Below the pieces are notes generated by a model. That model did not search any database, was not told the DNA's origin, and was given only the letters and a program-made list of their open reading frames with translations. The position numbers and the translations under genes were made by a program. A DNA stretch of 27,414 nucleotides from a virus (taxonomy: Duplodnaviria; Caudoviricetes): positions 1-27,414 of the IMG/VR virus record IMGVR_UViG_3300048854_000035. The stretch is one strand, 5' to 3'. Below, piece by piece: positions 1-7,823 of this stretch. Within the stretch, counting starts at the first letter, position 1, and each line of letters begins with the position of its first letter.

Positions 1-1
1 C

Positions 2-64
2 GGCCTTGATCTGAGCAAATACACGGAAGTTCCGGTGCCTGCCGCGGACGCACCAAAGGCATAA
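2..64 (+). CDS. 3' end of an upstream gene (partial, ...GLDLSKYTEVPVPAADAPKA*)
   Basis: Frame 2 is open from the window edge to TAA at 62-64, 4 nt before the next start. Product not identifiable. Confidence 0.5.
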   Translation, partial: GLDLSKYTEVPVPAADAPKA

Positions 65-68
65 GCAT

Positions 69-404
69 TTGTCCCGGGCCAAGGTTCACGACGTCATTTT
101 GTTGAGTCTTCGAGTAGTGATCCTCGCAATGTGTTTGTTCACCCTGTTTGGCGGTCACTATCCTCCTGTCGTGGCTCAGTCATCTGTGATGACGGTTGAA
201 GATGCCGTACAGGACACCAATATCAAAGCTCTGAATGAGCACATTACGTCTACGGACGAGAGATTGCAAAAACAGTGGGAGACGATGAACAAGCTTTCGA
301 CGGACATGGCAGGGATTCAGGGGGAAGAGAGACTAATCGGAATCCTGCTTGGTTCGGGAATGAGCATCAGCATTTTCCTGCAGGTAAAGAAACGGTCCTC
401 ATGA
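69..404 (+). CDS. Small membrane protein: N-terminal signal/TM segment, coiled coil, C-terminal TM (holin/lysis-accessory-like)
   Basis: TTG start; hydrophobic VILLSLRVVILAMCLFTLF, possible VVA|QS cleavage, heptad-like middle, hydrophobic LIGILLGSGMSISIFLQV followed by KKR. Stop overlaps the next ATG (ATGA). Confidence 0.6.
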   Translation: MSRAKVHDVILLSLRVVILAMCLFTLFGGHYPPVVAQSSVMTVEDAVQDTNIKALNEHITSTDERLQKQWETMNKLSTDMAGIQGEERLIGILLGSGMSISIFLQVKKRSS

Positions 405-694
405 GCAGCCTGGAAAGATTCATCCGTCAGGATATCTTTCACATCTGTGCGTTCATCACGATCAACGCCTTTGTTGCCAATTTCTTACCTGACGCGAACA
501 AGCTTAGAAATTACCCGCGGATTCGCTATGCCTATGAGGTTCTAGTCGACGTCATCGCGGGCTTCAGCCTCAATTGGAGGACCAGAATCCCCAGCCTTGA
601 CGCCCAATTTTTGGGCTTTAAGAGAACGACGAGGCATGCATACAAAAATTGGCAGCAGAGTCGATCGGACAGGAAATATGGCGAAGACATCTGA
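401..694 (+). CDS. Small hypothetical protein with hydrophobic segments (possible holin-like), 97 aa
   Basis: ATG at 401 overlaps the previous stop (ATGA), preferred over the track start at 275. Hydrophobic IFHICAFITINAFVANFL and VLVDVIAGFSL, basic tail. Confidence 0.55.
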   Translation: MSSLERFIRQDIFHICAFITINAFVANFLPDANKLRNYPRIRYAYEVLVDVIAGFSLNWRTRIPSLDAQFLGFKRTTRHAYKNWQQSRSDRKYGEDI

Positions 695-1232
695 TGAAAT
701 CAGAGCCTACAACGCAGCCTACTATTTGAAATACCGGGATCAGATAAGGGCTCGTGTAAAGAAGGCCAGACTCGAGAACCCAGATGTGGTTCAAGAGCGA
801 AAGCGCCTGGATTACGAGAAAAACAAGGAAACGCGTAAAGCGACAATGAGAGCCTATTACGCGGCTAATCGCGAGAAGTGTATTTTCCGCGCAGCAGAGT
901 GGGCCAATGCGAATCCGCAAAAGATGGCTATATGCAAAAAGAACTGGGAACGAAACAATCCAGAGCGTCGGCGAACGGCTTGCCATATACGTCGCGCCAG
1001 GATTAGAGGAGCTGGTGGCAAGCATACGACCGCGGAGTGGATACAGCTTGTGGAGGCGTCCGGTAGTAAGTGCTTGAAATGTCAAATGCCCGGAAACTAC
1101 AGAACGCTCCATCGTGACCACGTGATACCCGCTTCTAAAGGCGGCAGCAGCGATATTACGAATATTCAGCCACTTTGCGTATCTTGCAACAGTGGGAAGG
1201 GTAACAAAACGGAAGACTTCCGAAGCCGATGA
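678..1232 (+). CDS. HNH endonuclease
   Basis: CLKC...HRDHVIPASKGGSSDITNIQPLCVSCNSGK is the HNH/zinc motif. Basic helical N-terminal repeats (YYLKYRD, DYEKNKE, YYAANRE). ATG 678 follows AGGA. Confidence 0.9.
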   Translation: MAKTSDEIRAYNAAYYLKYRDQIRARVKKARLENPDVVQERKRLDYEKNKETRKATMRAYYAANREKCIFRAAEWANANPQKMAICKKNWERNNPERRRTACHIRRARIRGAGGKHTTAEWIQLVEASGSKCLKCQMPGNYRTLHRDHVIPASKGGSSDITNIQPLCVSCNSGKGNKTEDFRSR

Positions 1233-1531
1233 TCAAACTTGGTATCTACATGACCCTCGTGAACGCGGCATTGGCCTACCTAATCATCAAACAACAGGAG
1301 AAGAACATGGCATCGACACGCGACCAGCTTGACGCAAAGATCACCGAAGTAGGAACCCGCTTGGCCAATGTAATTGCAGATCTTCAGGCCAAGATCGACG
1401 CCGGCTCCCAGCCCGAGGACTTCCAGGCAGAAGTCGACAAGCTTCAGGCGGTAGTAGACGCTCTGAACACGGCTGACCCCGACAACACCAACAACGAAAC
1501 CCCCGCGGCTCCGAGCTCGACCGTAGTCTAA
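1229..1531 (+). CDS. N-terminal TM plus coiled-coil protein, with an in-frame internal start at 1307
   Basis: ATGA overlap with the HNH stop; hydrophobic LGIYMTLVNAALAYLII; heptads LDAKITEVGTRLANVIADLQAKI; AGGAG upstream of ATG 1307. Confidence 0.7.
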   Translation: MIKLGIYMTLVNAALAYLIIKQQEKNMASTRDQLDAKITEVGTRLANVIADLQAKIDAGSQPEDFQAEVDKLQAVVDALNTADPDNTNNETPAAPSSTVV

Positions 1532-1533
1532 AC

Positions 1534-1680
1534 ATGAACAACGTGATCGCTGCAGCTATGGTGTTCTTTTTCGCATGCGTGGCTGCAGCGATGTTGTTTT
1601 ACGCCGGATACAGGTTCGGCATTGATTCGACCAAGCGCCTCAGAGACTCCCGAGGCCGATTTCTCAAGAGAGAGCAGTGA
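1534..1680 (+). CDS. 48-aa single-TM peptide with basic tail (not in ORF track)
   Basis: MNNVIAAAMVFFFACVAAAMLFYAGYRFGIDSTKRLRDSRGRFLKREQ*. Fills the gap between neighbours exactly; stop overlaps the next GTG (GTGA). Confidence 0.7.
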   Translation: MNNVIAAAMVFFFACVAAAMLFYAGYRFGIDSTKRLRDSRGRFLKREQ

Positions 1681-1871
1681 AAGCCAAGGTTTACTGCTTC
1701 GGTCATGGCTGGGCTTTCGAATACCCTTCAGGCCAAGCCAGATATGTGGGCCGCTGGGAAGAGATCTGGCCGATTTTTGATGAGTGGATGAGACGAGTTG
1801 AGATAAATGCATGCCTTGATAATTACCGGGCTCGCATGGGCACAGAGGCACAGACGAGAGGAATGGCGTAA
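1677..1871 (+). CDS. Hypothetical protein, 64 aa
   Basis: GTG overlaps the upstream stop; tight operon packing; no recognised motif. Confidence 0.55.
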   Translation: MKAKVYCFGHGWAFEYPSGQARYVGRWEEIWPIFDEWMRRVEINACLDNYRARMGTEAQTRGMA

Positions 1872-1907
1872 TGTCCGCTCAGAACAGTGGAGAGTTCAGT
1901 GGCAGGC

Positions 1908-2258
1908 ATGATTGAGAACCTGACTCCTTGGAGGCCTGGACAATCAGGTAATCCCGGAGGAAGGCCCAAGAAATCCCCGGTGACAGACCACGTGCGGGAA
2001 CAACTGGATAAGCCGATTCCTGAGGCTATGCGTGGCAAGCTTCCCCCAATCTTTACCGAGATTTATGGGCCCGATGCGACATTCGGGCAAATGATTGCGT
2101 TCAAACTGATTGCTTCCTCTGCTAAGGGCGACATTTTTGCAATGAAGGAATTGCTGGACCGTGTGGAGGGCAAGGTTAGCCAATCACACAAGTTAGCGGG
2201 CGAGGACGGTGGCCCAATCCAATTCACAGTGACCCGAGCGGGTTCAAAGGAGCGATAG
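1908..2258 (+). CDS. terS: Terminase small subunit (DUF5681-like)
   Basis: ENLTPWRPGQSGNPGGRPK N-terminal motif, A..GD..AMKELLDRVEGK helix and GEDGGPIQF tail; lies upstream of TerL. Start is uncertain (GTG 1887 or ATG 1908). Confidence 0.8.
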   Translation: MIENLTPWRPGQSGNPGGRPKKSPVTDHVREQLDKPIPEAMRGKLPPIFTEIYGPDATFGQMIAFKLIASSAKGDIFAMKELLDRVEGKVSQSHKLAGEDGGPIQFTVTRAGSKER

Positions 2259-2783
2259 ATGGCAGACGAGACGCAGTACAACAATGGTGGTGAGCAGTTG
2301 AATGCAAATGGCCTGCCGGAAGGCTCCGCTTCTGTTACGGGTGGATACGATGGCGCCGAGGTAGGGCAGGGCTCAGTCCCCGCAAGCAATGCAGCCCCGC
2401 AGGATGTTGTAGTAAAGGGAACGCCGGTCGAAGCCAACAAGGTGCCTGAACATCTGGACTTCGCGTCCTCTCGCATTCCTTACCACACAGCAACGACTGA
2501 GAAGATTGCTCGCGAACGCGCCGAAGCCCTGAAGGATGAACCGGTGAAGGAGTATCACTACGAGATGAATGGCTATGTGGTGGAAGAGGTCAAAGGCCCG
2601 AACCCGCAGGCGACGAAGGTTGAGGATGCGAACAAGCTCTGGAAGGTTACGCAGGGTGACTTCGTGCAGTACTTCAACAACCAGCGCGCAGCTGAGATCT
2701 TTGCCAACACTCACTCGCCTCAGTTTGCTGCGAATTCGACTGTGAAGAGCGCGCCGGCGGTCCAGGATATCCCGAAGACGTAA
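2259..2783 (+). CDS. Hypothetical protein, 174 aa
   Basis: ATG directly after the terS stop, AAGGAG upstream; acidic low-complexity N-terminus. Confidence 0.75.
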   Translation: MADETQYNNGGEQLNANGLPEGSASVTGGYDGAEVGQGSVPASNAAPQDVVVKGTPVEANKVPEHLDFASSRIPYHTATTEKIARERAEALKDEPVKEYHYEMNGYVVEEVKGPNPQATKVEDANKLWKVTQGDFVQYFNNQRAAEIFANTHSPQFAANSTVKSAPAVQDIPKT

Positions 2784-3007
2784 TGGCAACTGAAACCTGG
2801 AAGCCGTTGACACGAGATCAGCGGCTCACCTATCTGGCAGACCTGCGGCGTATTGCTCTCGACATGATCTCTGTGCCGGTGGCGATGGAGACAAAAGACG
2901 GAGTGGCCATCGTGAAGGCTCATTACGATCTTTACGAGTCGATCGATGCTGCTTACAGGCTAGAACTAGAGCGTCAAGGCCTTGCACAACATTCACCTGC
3001 AGCCTAA
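2783..3007 (+). CDS. Hypothetical helical protein, 74 aa
   Basis: TAATG coupling to the previous gene; overlaps the TerL start. Confidence 0.65.
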   Translation: MATETWKPLTRDQRLTYLADLRRIALDMISVPVAMETKDGVAIVKAHYDLYESIDAAYRLELERQGLAQHSPAA

Positions 3008-4616
3008 GCAAGGGTTGCTCCTCGATTACATCGAGAACCATAGGGCAACGGTCATCGGAGTTGGCGGTGGCCGTGGCTCTGCTAAGTCTGGGGGAGCAGA
3101 TCGAGTTTCCCTCGTATTAGCGGTAGAGCAGCCCGGGGTCGTCCTCGAGCATGTAATGCGGAACTCTGATCAGGTCCGCAAGTTTCACTTTGAGCAGATC
3201 AAGCGCGAGTTTCCGGTGCTGGATGACTTCGCGCACAACACCTACATGCGGTTCAGCATACCCGCAGGTGGAAACACTTCAGTTATTGGCTGCAGTTATG
3301 CGGAATCTCTTGAAGACATCAAAAGGAGATTTCGTTCGGGCAACATCCGATATTTGTTCCTGGACCAAGCGGAACAATTCACTTGGGAAGAGATTCAGGA
3401 ACTCAACCTTGCGATCCGCGGCAAGGGCAAGTACAAGCCTAAGCTCATCCTGCTCTTCAATATGGGCGGCATCGGCATACAAGAGCTTCGCAATCGGTTC
3501 GGCCCGGTCAAGAAGTTCAACGAAAACGAAGACCCAGACGATTACGTGTTCATTCACGTCTTTCCTTGGGATAACTTCGAGTGGTCGCGAGCAGAGATTG
3601 AAGCCGACGGCTTGACGGAAGAGGATTACTACTCCTGGACGGATCAGGAGCGTTTCCAGTATTTCATCACGCGGGCGCCATACGGCAGGAAGCTGAACGC
3701 TCTGGATGACTCAATCCGAGCCAGAGACTTGCTTGGATCGTGGGAATCGCTCGAAGGTGCTTACTTCGGTCGCGTGTTTGACTACAAGGCCACGCTGAAG
3801 TCTTCTGAAGTTTGTGAGGGCATCATCCGGCCCTGGGATTCGCGCTGGCTGTCGACAGACTGGGGCAAGACGCACTACTGTTCGACGCATTGGCATGGCA
3901 AGACGACGCTGACGCCGAGCGAGGTAAAGCATTGGCTGGGCTGGGGTGTCCCTAGATCGCTGACGGTGGTTTCGACCTACCGTAGGCTGATCGTAAATGA
4001 GTTTACAAGCTCGCAAGTGGCAGCCGAGTTGATTTCGCGCACGCCAAAGCATGAGCGAGAGAGGCTGAAGCGGTATCCGTTCTCCCCTGAGCAATTTGGT
4101 GAGAGAGATTCTGAAGATACGGTGCCGATCATCATCGGCCGTGAGTTAGGGAAATACGGTCTGCCTTGGCCGGAGCGCGCAGACAACAGCCGCAAACCTG
4201 GCTGGCAGTTGATGTATGAGCTGCTGAACAACACGAGGATTTGGGCAACGCCTCCTGAATTGAGAACGAAGGAGATGGAGGCAGAGGCCGGCGACACGGT
4301 CTGGATCATCTCGTCTGAGTGCCCCGAAGCGCTGGAGACGATTCCGGTGCTGATGCGGAACGAGAAGGACCTCGACGACGTTGTGAAGACAGATAAGGGC
4401 ATGGCTGTTCTGGCAATGGACGTTGCCGATGACCTGAGATATGGCTTGCAGTCGATGCTGGGCGCCGGACGTAAGCCGGACAAGGTTGTGCATGGCGAGA
4501 AACAGATGGCGCGGCTTCAGCATGGAGATTACCAGACGGCTTACATGGCTGAGTTGAGTTTTAGGGCGCAACAGAGCGGCCCTGAGTTTTCGGTGAGCGG
4601 GAGAAGGCGACGATGA
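2982..4616 (+). CDS. terL: Terminase large subunit
   Basis: Q motif LQPKQ, Walker A GGGRGSAKS, Walker B YLFLDQAEQ, motif III-like LLFNMGG, RNase H-like nuclease acids STDWG and DVADDLRY. TTG start. Confidence 0.93.
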   Translation: MHNIHLQPKQGLLLDYIENHRATVIGVGGGRGSAKSGGADRVSLVLAVEQPGVVLEHVMRNSDQVRKFHFEQIKREFPVLDDFAHNTYMRFSIPAGGNTSVIGCSYAESLEDIKRRFRSGNIRYLFLDQAEQFTWEEIQELNLAIRGKGKYKPKLILLFNMGGIGIQELRNRFGPVKKFNENEDPDDYVFIHVFPWDNFEWSRAEIEADGLTEEDYYSWTDQERFQYFITRAPYGRKLNALDDSIRARDLLGSWESLEGAYFGRVFDYKATLKSSEVCEGIIRPWDSRWLSTDWGKTHYCSTHWHGKTTLTPSEVKHWLGWGVPRSLTVVSTYRRLIVNEFTSSQVAAELISRTPKHERERLKRYPFSPEQFGERDSEDTVPIIIGRELGKYGLPWPERADNSRKPGWQLMYELLNNTRIWATPPELRTKEMEAEAGDTVWIISSECPEALETIPVLMRNEKDLDDVVKTDKGMAVLAMDVADDLRYGLQSMLGAGRKPDKVVHGEKQMARLQHGDYQTAYMAELSFRAQQSGPEFSVSGRRRR

Positions 4617-4945
4617 GCGAGATAAGCGCATTCTGGTTTGTATTCGGACTGTTCCTCGGTGGGGCGATCATGCTGATTTGCTGGCTACAAAGCGAAAAGG
4701 ACCGACGCATCTCTATCGACGATCTTCCTCTGCACGACCCTCACGTGATCATTTCTGAAGGCCATGACTTAGAAGCAAAGGTATCTGAGCAAATAGCCGC
4801 TCTAAAAGCGGAACAAAGTGCACCCAACGATTTTGAAGTAAACGGCCCTCCCCGCCGCAAACCCTGGGTTGTTCGCAAGCGTGAGCTTGAGGAAGCAGCC
4901 CGAACGAAGCGTAAGAAGCTCGAATCCTTTTCGGAGTATGTCTAA
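4613..4945 (+). CDS. Single-TM hypothetical protein
   Basis: ATGA overlap; TM FWFVFGLFLGGAIMLICWL; charged C-terminal part. Confidence 0.7.
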   Translation: MSEISAFWFVFGLFLGGAIMLICWLQSEKDRRISIDDLPLHDPHVIISEGHDLEAKVSEQIAALKAEQSAPNDFEVNGPPRRKPWVVRKRELEEAARTKRKKLESFSEYV

Positions 4946-5085
4946 TGGGCAAGTTATTCGGTGTGAAAGCAATGATGAAAGAGCCGGTGCTGGACGACAA
5001 GAAGAAGCCAGCGTTCTTCAAGAAGGCAGGCGCTAAGGCTATGCCTAAAGGCTCGAGCATGCTGAAGAGGCTGACCGGCAAGTGA
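4945..5085 (+). CDS. 46-aa Lys-rich peptide (not in ORF track)
   Basis: MGKLFGVKAMMKEPVLDDKKKPAFFKKAGAKAMPKGSSMLKRLTGK*. TAATG coupling at the start, GTGA coupling at the end, GGAG upstream. Confidence 0.7.
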   Translation: MGKLFGVKAMMKEPVLDDKKKPAFFKKAGAKAMPKGSSMLKRLTGK

Positions 5086-5315
5086 TAGGCGCTTTGGCTT
5101 GTGTCTTTGGTGTCGAAGGGAACTATATGACGGTGAAGAACGCGCATGTCTTCTATGAGGGCATGAAGGTTGCTATCGTCCGTGACTTGGACACGATGGA
5201 GCCCATTGCCGAGACGGAGATTCGCAAGGTCTACCCTAACCGGCGAACCCTGCAGTTGCGTGCATGGCCCAAGGCTGATATTCGCCGCGGCGATCTACTG
5301 TTGGTGACTGAGTGA
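5082..5315 (+). CDS. 77-aa beta-rich protein, paralogue of the major capsid insertion domain
   Basis: Hand alignment to the capsid segment at 9848-10069 gives 23/74 identities with one gap. Coupled at both ends by GTGA overlaps. Confidence 0.7.
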   Translation: MIGALACVFGVEGNYMTVKNAHVFYEGMKVAIVRDLDTMEPIAETEIRKVYPNRRTLQLRAWPKADIRRGDLLLVTE

Positions 5316-7531
5316 ACGAAGTAGACGAGCTGCCCGAGATCGATACGGAGGAGACGGAAGACGAGGAGCTTGGCACTCTCGCCGACGACGAAGAGCTCCA
5401 GAAGCGCATCATCTCCAAGATCATCGAGCACAATTCGAAGGGTAAGGCCAACCGCATGGCTGAAGTTCAGCTGGCGCGTGACCAAAGGCTTTACTTCAGA
5501 GACATTCAACAGATCTGGTGGGACGAGGATGCGGAGAACATCACGTTTGAGTCGCCGGACAATGATTCTCCAAACGATCGTGTGTTCAACATCTACCAGC
5601 CTTACGGCAAGATCTTTATCTCCACCTTCATGGGGGCAAGACCTAAAGTAAGGGCTGAAGCCGATGACCCGTTCGATTCGACCAGCGTAAGGAACACGGC
5701 CAAGGCGCAGACTTACGAGCGCGTCTATCGCAAGTTCAACGACACGCCGACGCAGCAGATGGAAACGGCGCGCCTGATGTGGACTGATAGCCGGATCATT
5801 ACCCGGACGGTCAAGCGGGACGATGGCAAGATCATCACGGAGTTCTGGGGCACGCTCGAAAGCCGAGTTCAGATCACGGCAAAGTATGACATTGAAGTCC
5901 CGCTGAAGAACAACGCTTTGATAGAGCTTGAGGACGAGTTTCCTACCGTCCAGATGAAGCGGGAATATGACAAGGCCCGCAAGAAGATCAACAGCGGCAA
6001 CGGTGACAGCTACGAGCGCAACGCACGCATCGCTGTGAAGCGCCAGGCTGGGACAGATACCTCGATCGATGTGCAGACCGGTGAGGACGCTCATGGGCTG
6101 TCTACGAAGACCTGGAGCTACATGCGGCCGGAGTTCTTCGAGAATTTCGACAAGGGAGACAGGGAACTGCTGGAGGAGATGCATCCCGACGGTCTTTGTT
6201 TAGTCAGGAATGGCGATGTCTATCTGGATAGCTATGACTGTCAGATCGATGGAGAACTAGACGTCATCCTCCCACTCCCGGGTGACGGCATGAGCCGCCC
6301 GAGTGTGGGCAAGACGACAATGTCTCTCCAGGATTCGGCCAACACGGCCCAGAACCTAATTGAGGAGATGTTCGATCACGGCATTCCCACAACGTACTGG
6401 GATACCACGACGGATATTGACGGCCTGAATAAGTCCCGAGAGATGCCGGGGCAGAGCCGAAAGTTTACGCGCAAGGCAGGAGAGGCAGCGTCGAACCATT
6501 TCTTCCAGACGCAGCCGATCAATCCTCCTCAGCAGCTAATGAACTATGCGGAGAACCTCAAAGGGCCTCAGGCTCAGTTCGCAAGCGGTCAGCAGCCAGC
6601 AATCTTTGGCGCTGAAATGGAAGATCAGAAGACAGCCTCAGGCTATGCGCAGGCCCGCAATATGGCTCTTGGCCAGATGGCGATCGTCTGGAAGCCGTAT
6701 ACAGCATGGTATGCGCGAGAGATGACGCGGGCTGTCAAGATGTCGGCTAATCATGACAAGAACATCGTCACGACTCTGCCGGCGCTACGGAAGGGTGGAC
6801 GTCCGCAGGCGGTCAGCTTGTCGCCTACGGATCTTCAGGGGCTCTCGTTCACGAACGAATCGGATGAGAACTTCCCCGAGACGTGGACTGAGAAGTCCAA
6901 CAAGATGATGAGCCTGCTTCAGATCGGCGGCCCTATTGCCGATTGGGTTCTCGAGACGGAGCCAGACAATCTCTATTCGCTGAAGCAGTACATTGGCTTG
7001 GATGAGTTAGTAATCCCCGGTGAGGACATGCGCAATAACGTCCTTGCAGACATCGCGGCGATGGAGCATATGGTTCCCGAGCCCGACGTGACGCAGATGC
7101 CACAACAGGCATTCCCGGGCGTAGGTCAGCCTCCGGTTCAGATCCCCGAGGTAAGCCCGATTCCTCTGGATACGGACTTCCTCGAGGACGACGATTATGA
7201 AGTTGGCTGGAAGACGGTAAAGCATTGGGTTCAGTCGCCCGCGGGTCAGGATGCAAAGCGCGACAATCCGGATTGGTTCAAGAACGTCAGGCTTTATGGT
7301 CTGCAGTACAAGCAGAAGGTTGACGAGATCAACGCAGCCAAGCAGCAGGCGATGCAGCCGCCACCGCCCCCGCCGAAAGGCCCGGGCGAGGCGATCGGTT
7401 ACAAAGACCTACCGCCGTCAGGAAAAATTCAAATGGCCGCACAGGCAGGGATCACGCTGACGCCCGAAGATGTGGCGGCACAAGAGGCACAGGAAGCAGC
7501 AGCGAACGCACCACCTATAGGTGCCATGTGA
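5312..7531 (+). CDS. Portal protein (P22-like)
   Basis: 739 aa, between TerL and scaffold. VFNIYQPYGKIFIS...RPKVRAE, SLQDSAN, TASG motifs; Q/P-rich tail with IGYKDLP...QAGI. Confidence 0.85.
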   Translation: MNEVDELPEIDTEETEDEELGTLADDEELQKRIISKIIEHNSKGKANRMAEVQLARDQRLYFRDIQQIWWDEDAENITFESPDNDSPNDRVFNIYQPYGKIFISTFMGARPKVRAEADDPFDSTSVRNTAKAQTYERVYRKFNDTPTQQMETARLMWTDSRIITRTVKRDDGKIITEFWGTLESRVQITAKYDIEVPLKNNALIELEDEFPTVQMKREYDKARKKINSGNGDSYERNARIAVKRQAGTDTSIDVQTGEDAHGLSTKTWSYMRPEFFENFDKGDRELLEEMHPDGLCLVRNGDVYLDSYDCQIDGELDVILPLPGDGMSRPSVGKTTMSLQDSANTAQNLIEEMFDHGIPTTYWDTTTDIDGLNKSREMPGQSRKFTRKAGEAASNHFFQTQPINPPQQLMNYAENLKGPQAQFASGQQPAIFGAEMEDQKTASGYAQARNMALGQMAIVWKPYTAWYAREMTRAVKMSANHDKNIVTTLPALRKGGRPQAVSLSPTDLQGLSFTNESDENFPETWTEKSNKMMSLLQIGGPIADWVLETEPDNLYSLKQYIGLDELVIPGEDMRNNVLADIAAMEHMVPEPDVTQMPQQAFPGVGQPPVQIPEVSPIPLDTDFLEDDDYEVGWKTVKHWVQSPAGQDAKRDNPDWFKNVRLYGLQYKQKVDEINAAKQQAMQPPPPPPKGPGEAIGYKDLPPSGKIQMAAQAGITLTPEDVAAQEAQEAAANAPPIGAM

Positions 7532-7806
7532 TCTTCGAAGATGTGCTCCGCAGACTAAGGACCAGTTCTAAACCCGAGTCTGTGGATCGAGAGAGATGGA
7601 TGGCGGGAGAACTGTTTGGCAGGGCAATGTCTGCTGAATCAGAATCGCGACAGTTGTCGATGGAAGCCATGCAGAGGATAGCTAAACAAAGCATTGCGGC
7701 AGCCTGCGTCTTCTGGGAAGAGTGGGAGATAGCCAGCTTGACACCGGACTTATCGGATGTCTCAACCGAGCGTGAAGAAGGCTACTGCGTCGGAGAGATG
7801 CGATGA
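7528..7806 (+). CDS. Hypothetical protein, 92 aa
   Basis: GTGA overlap with the portal stop; no motif recognised. Confidence 0.55.
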   Translation: MIFEDVLRRLRTSSKPESVDRERWMAGELFGRAMSAESESRQLSMEAMQRIAKQSIAAACVFWEEWEIASLTPDLSDVSTEREEGYCVGEMR

Positions 7807-7823
7807 ACAAAGGAGTTGTGTAA

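Noticed and set aside
5231-6184. 317-aa minus-strand ORF and the other minus-strand ORFs in the track
   Set aside because: Lie almost wholly opposite well-supported + strand genes in GC-rich sequence; no recognisable domains.
7803-7823. 6-codon mini-ORF MNKGVV bridging 7528..7806 and the scaffold start
   Set aside because: Could be a coupling relay, but easily arises by chance from an ATGA stop context plus the SD; no further support.
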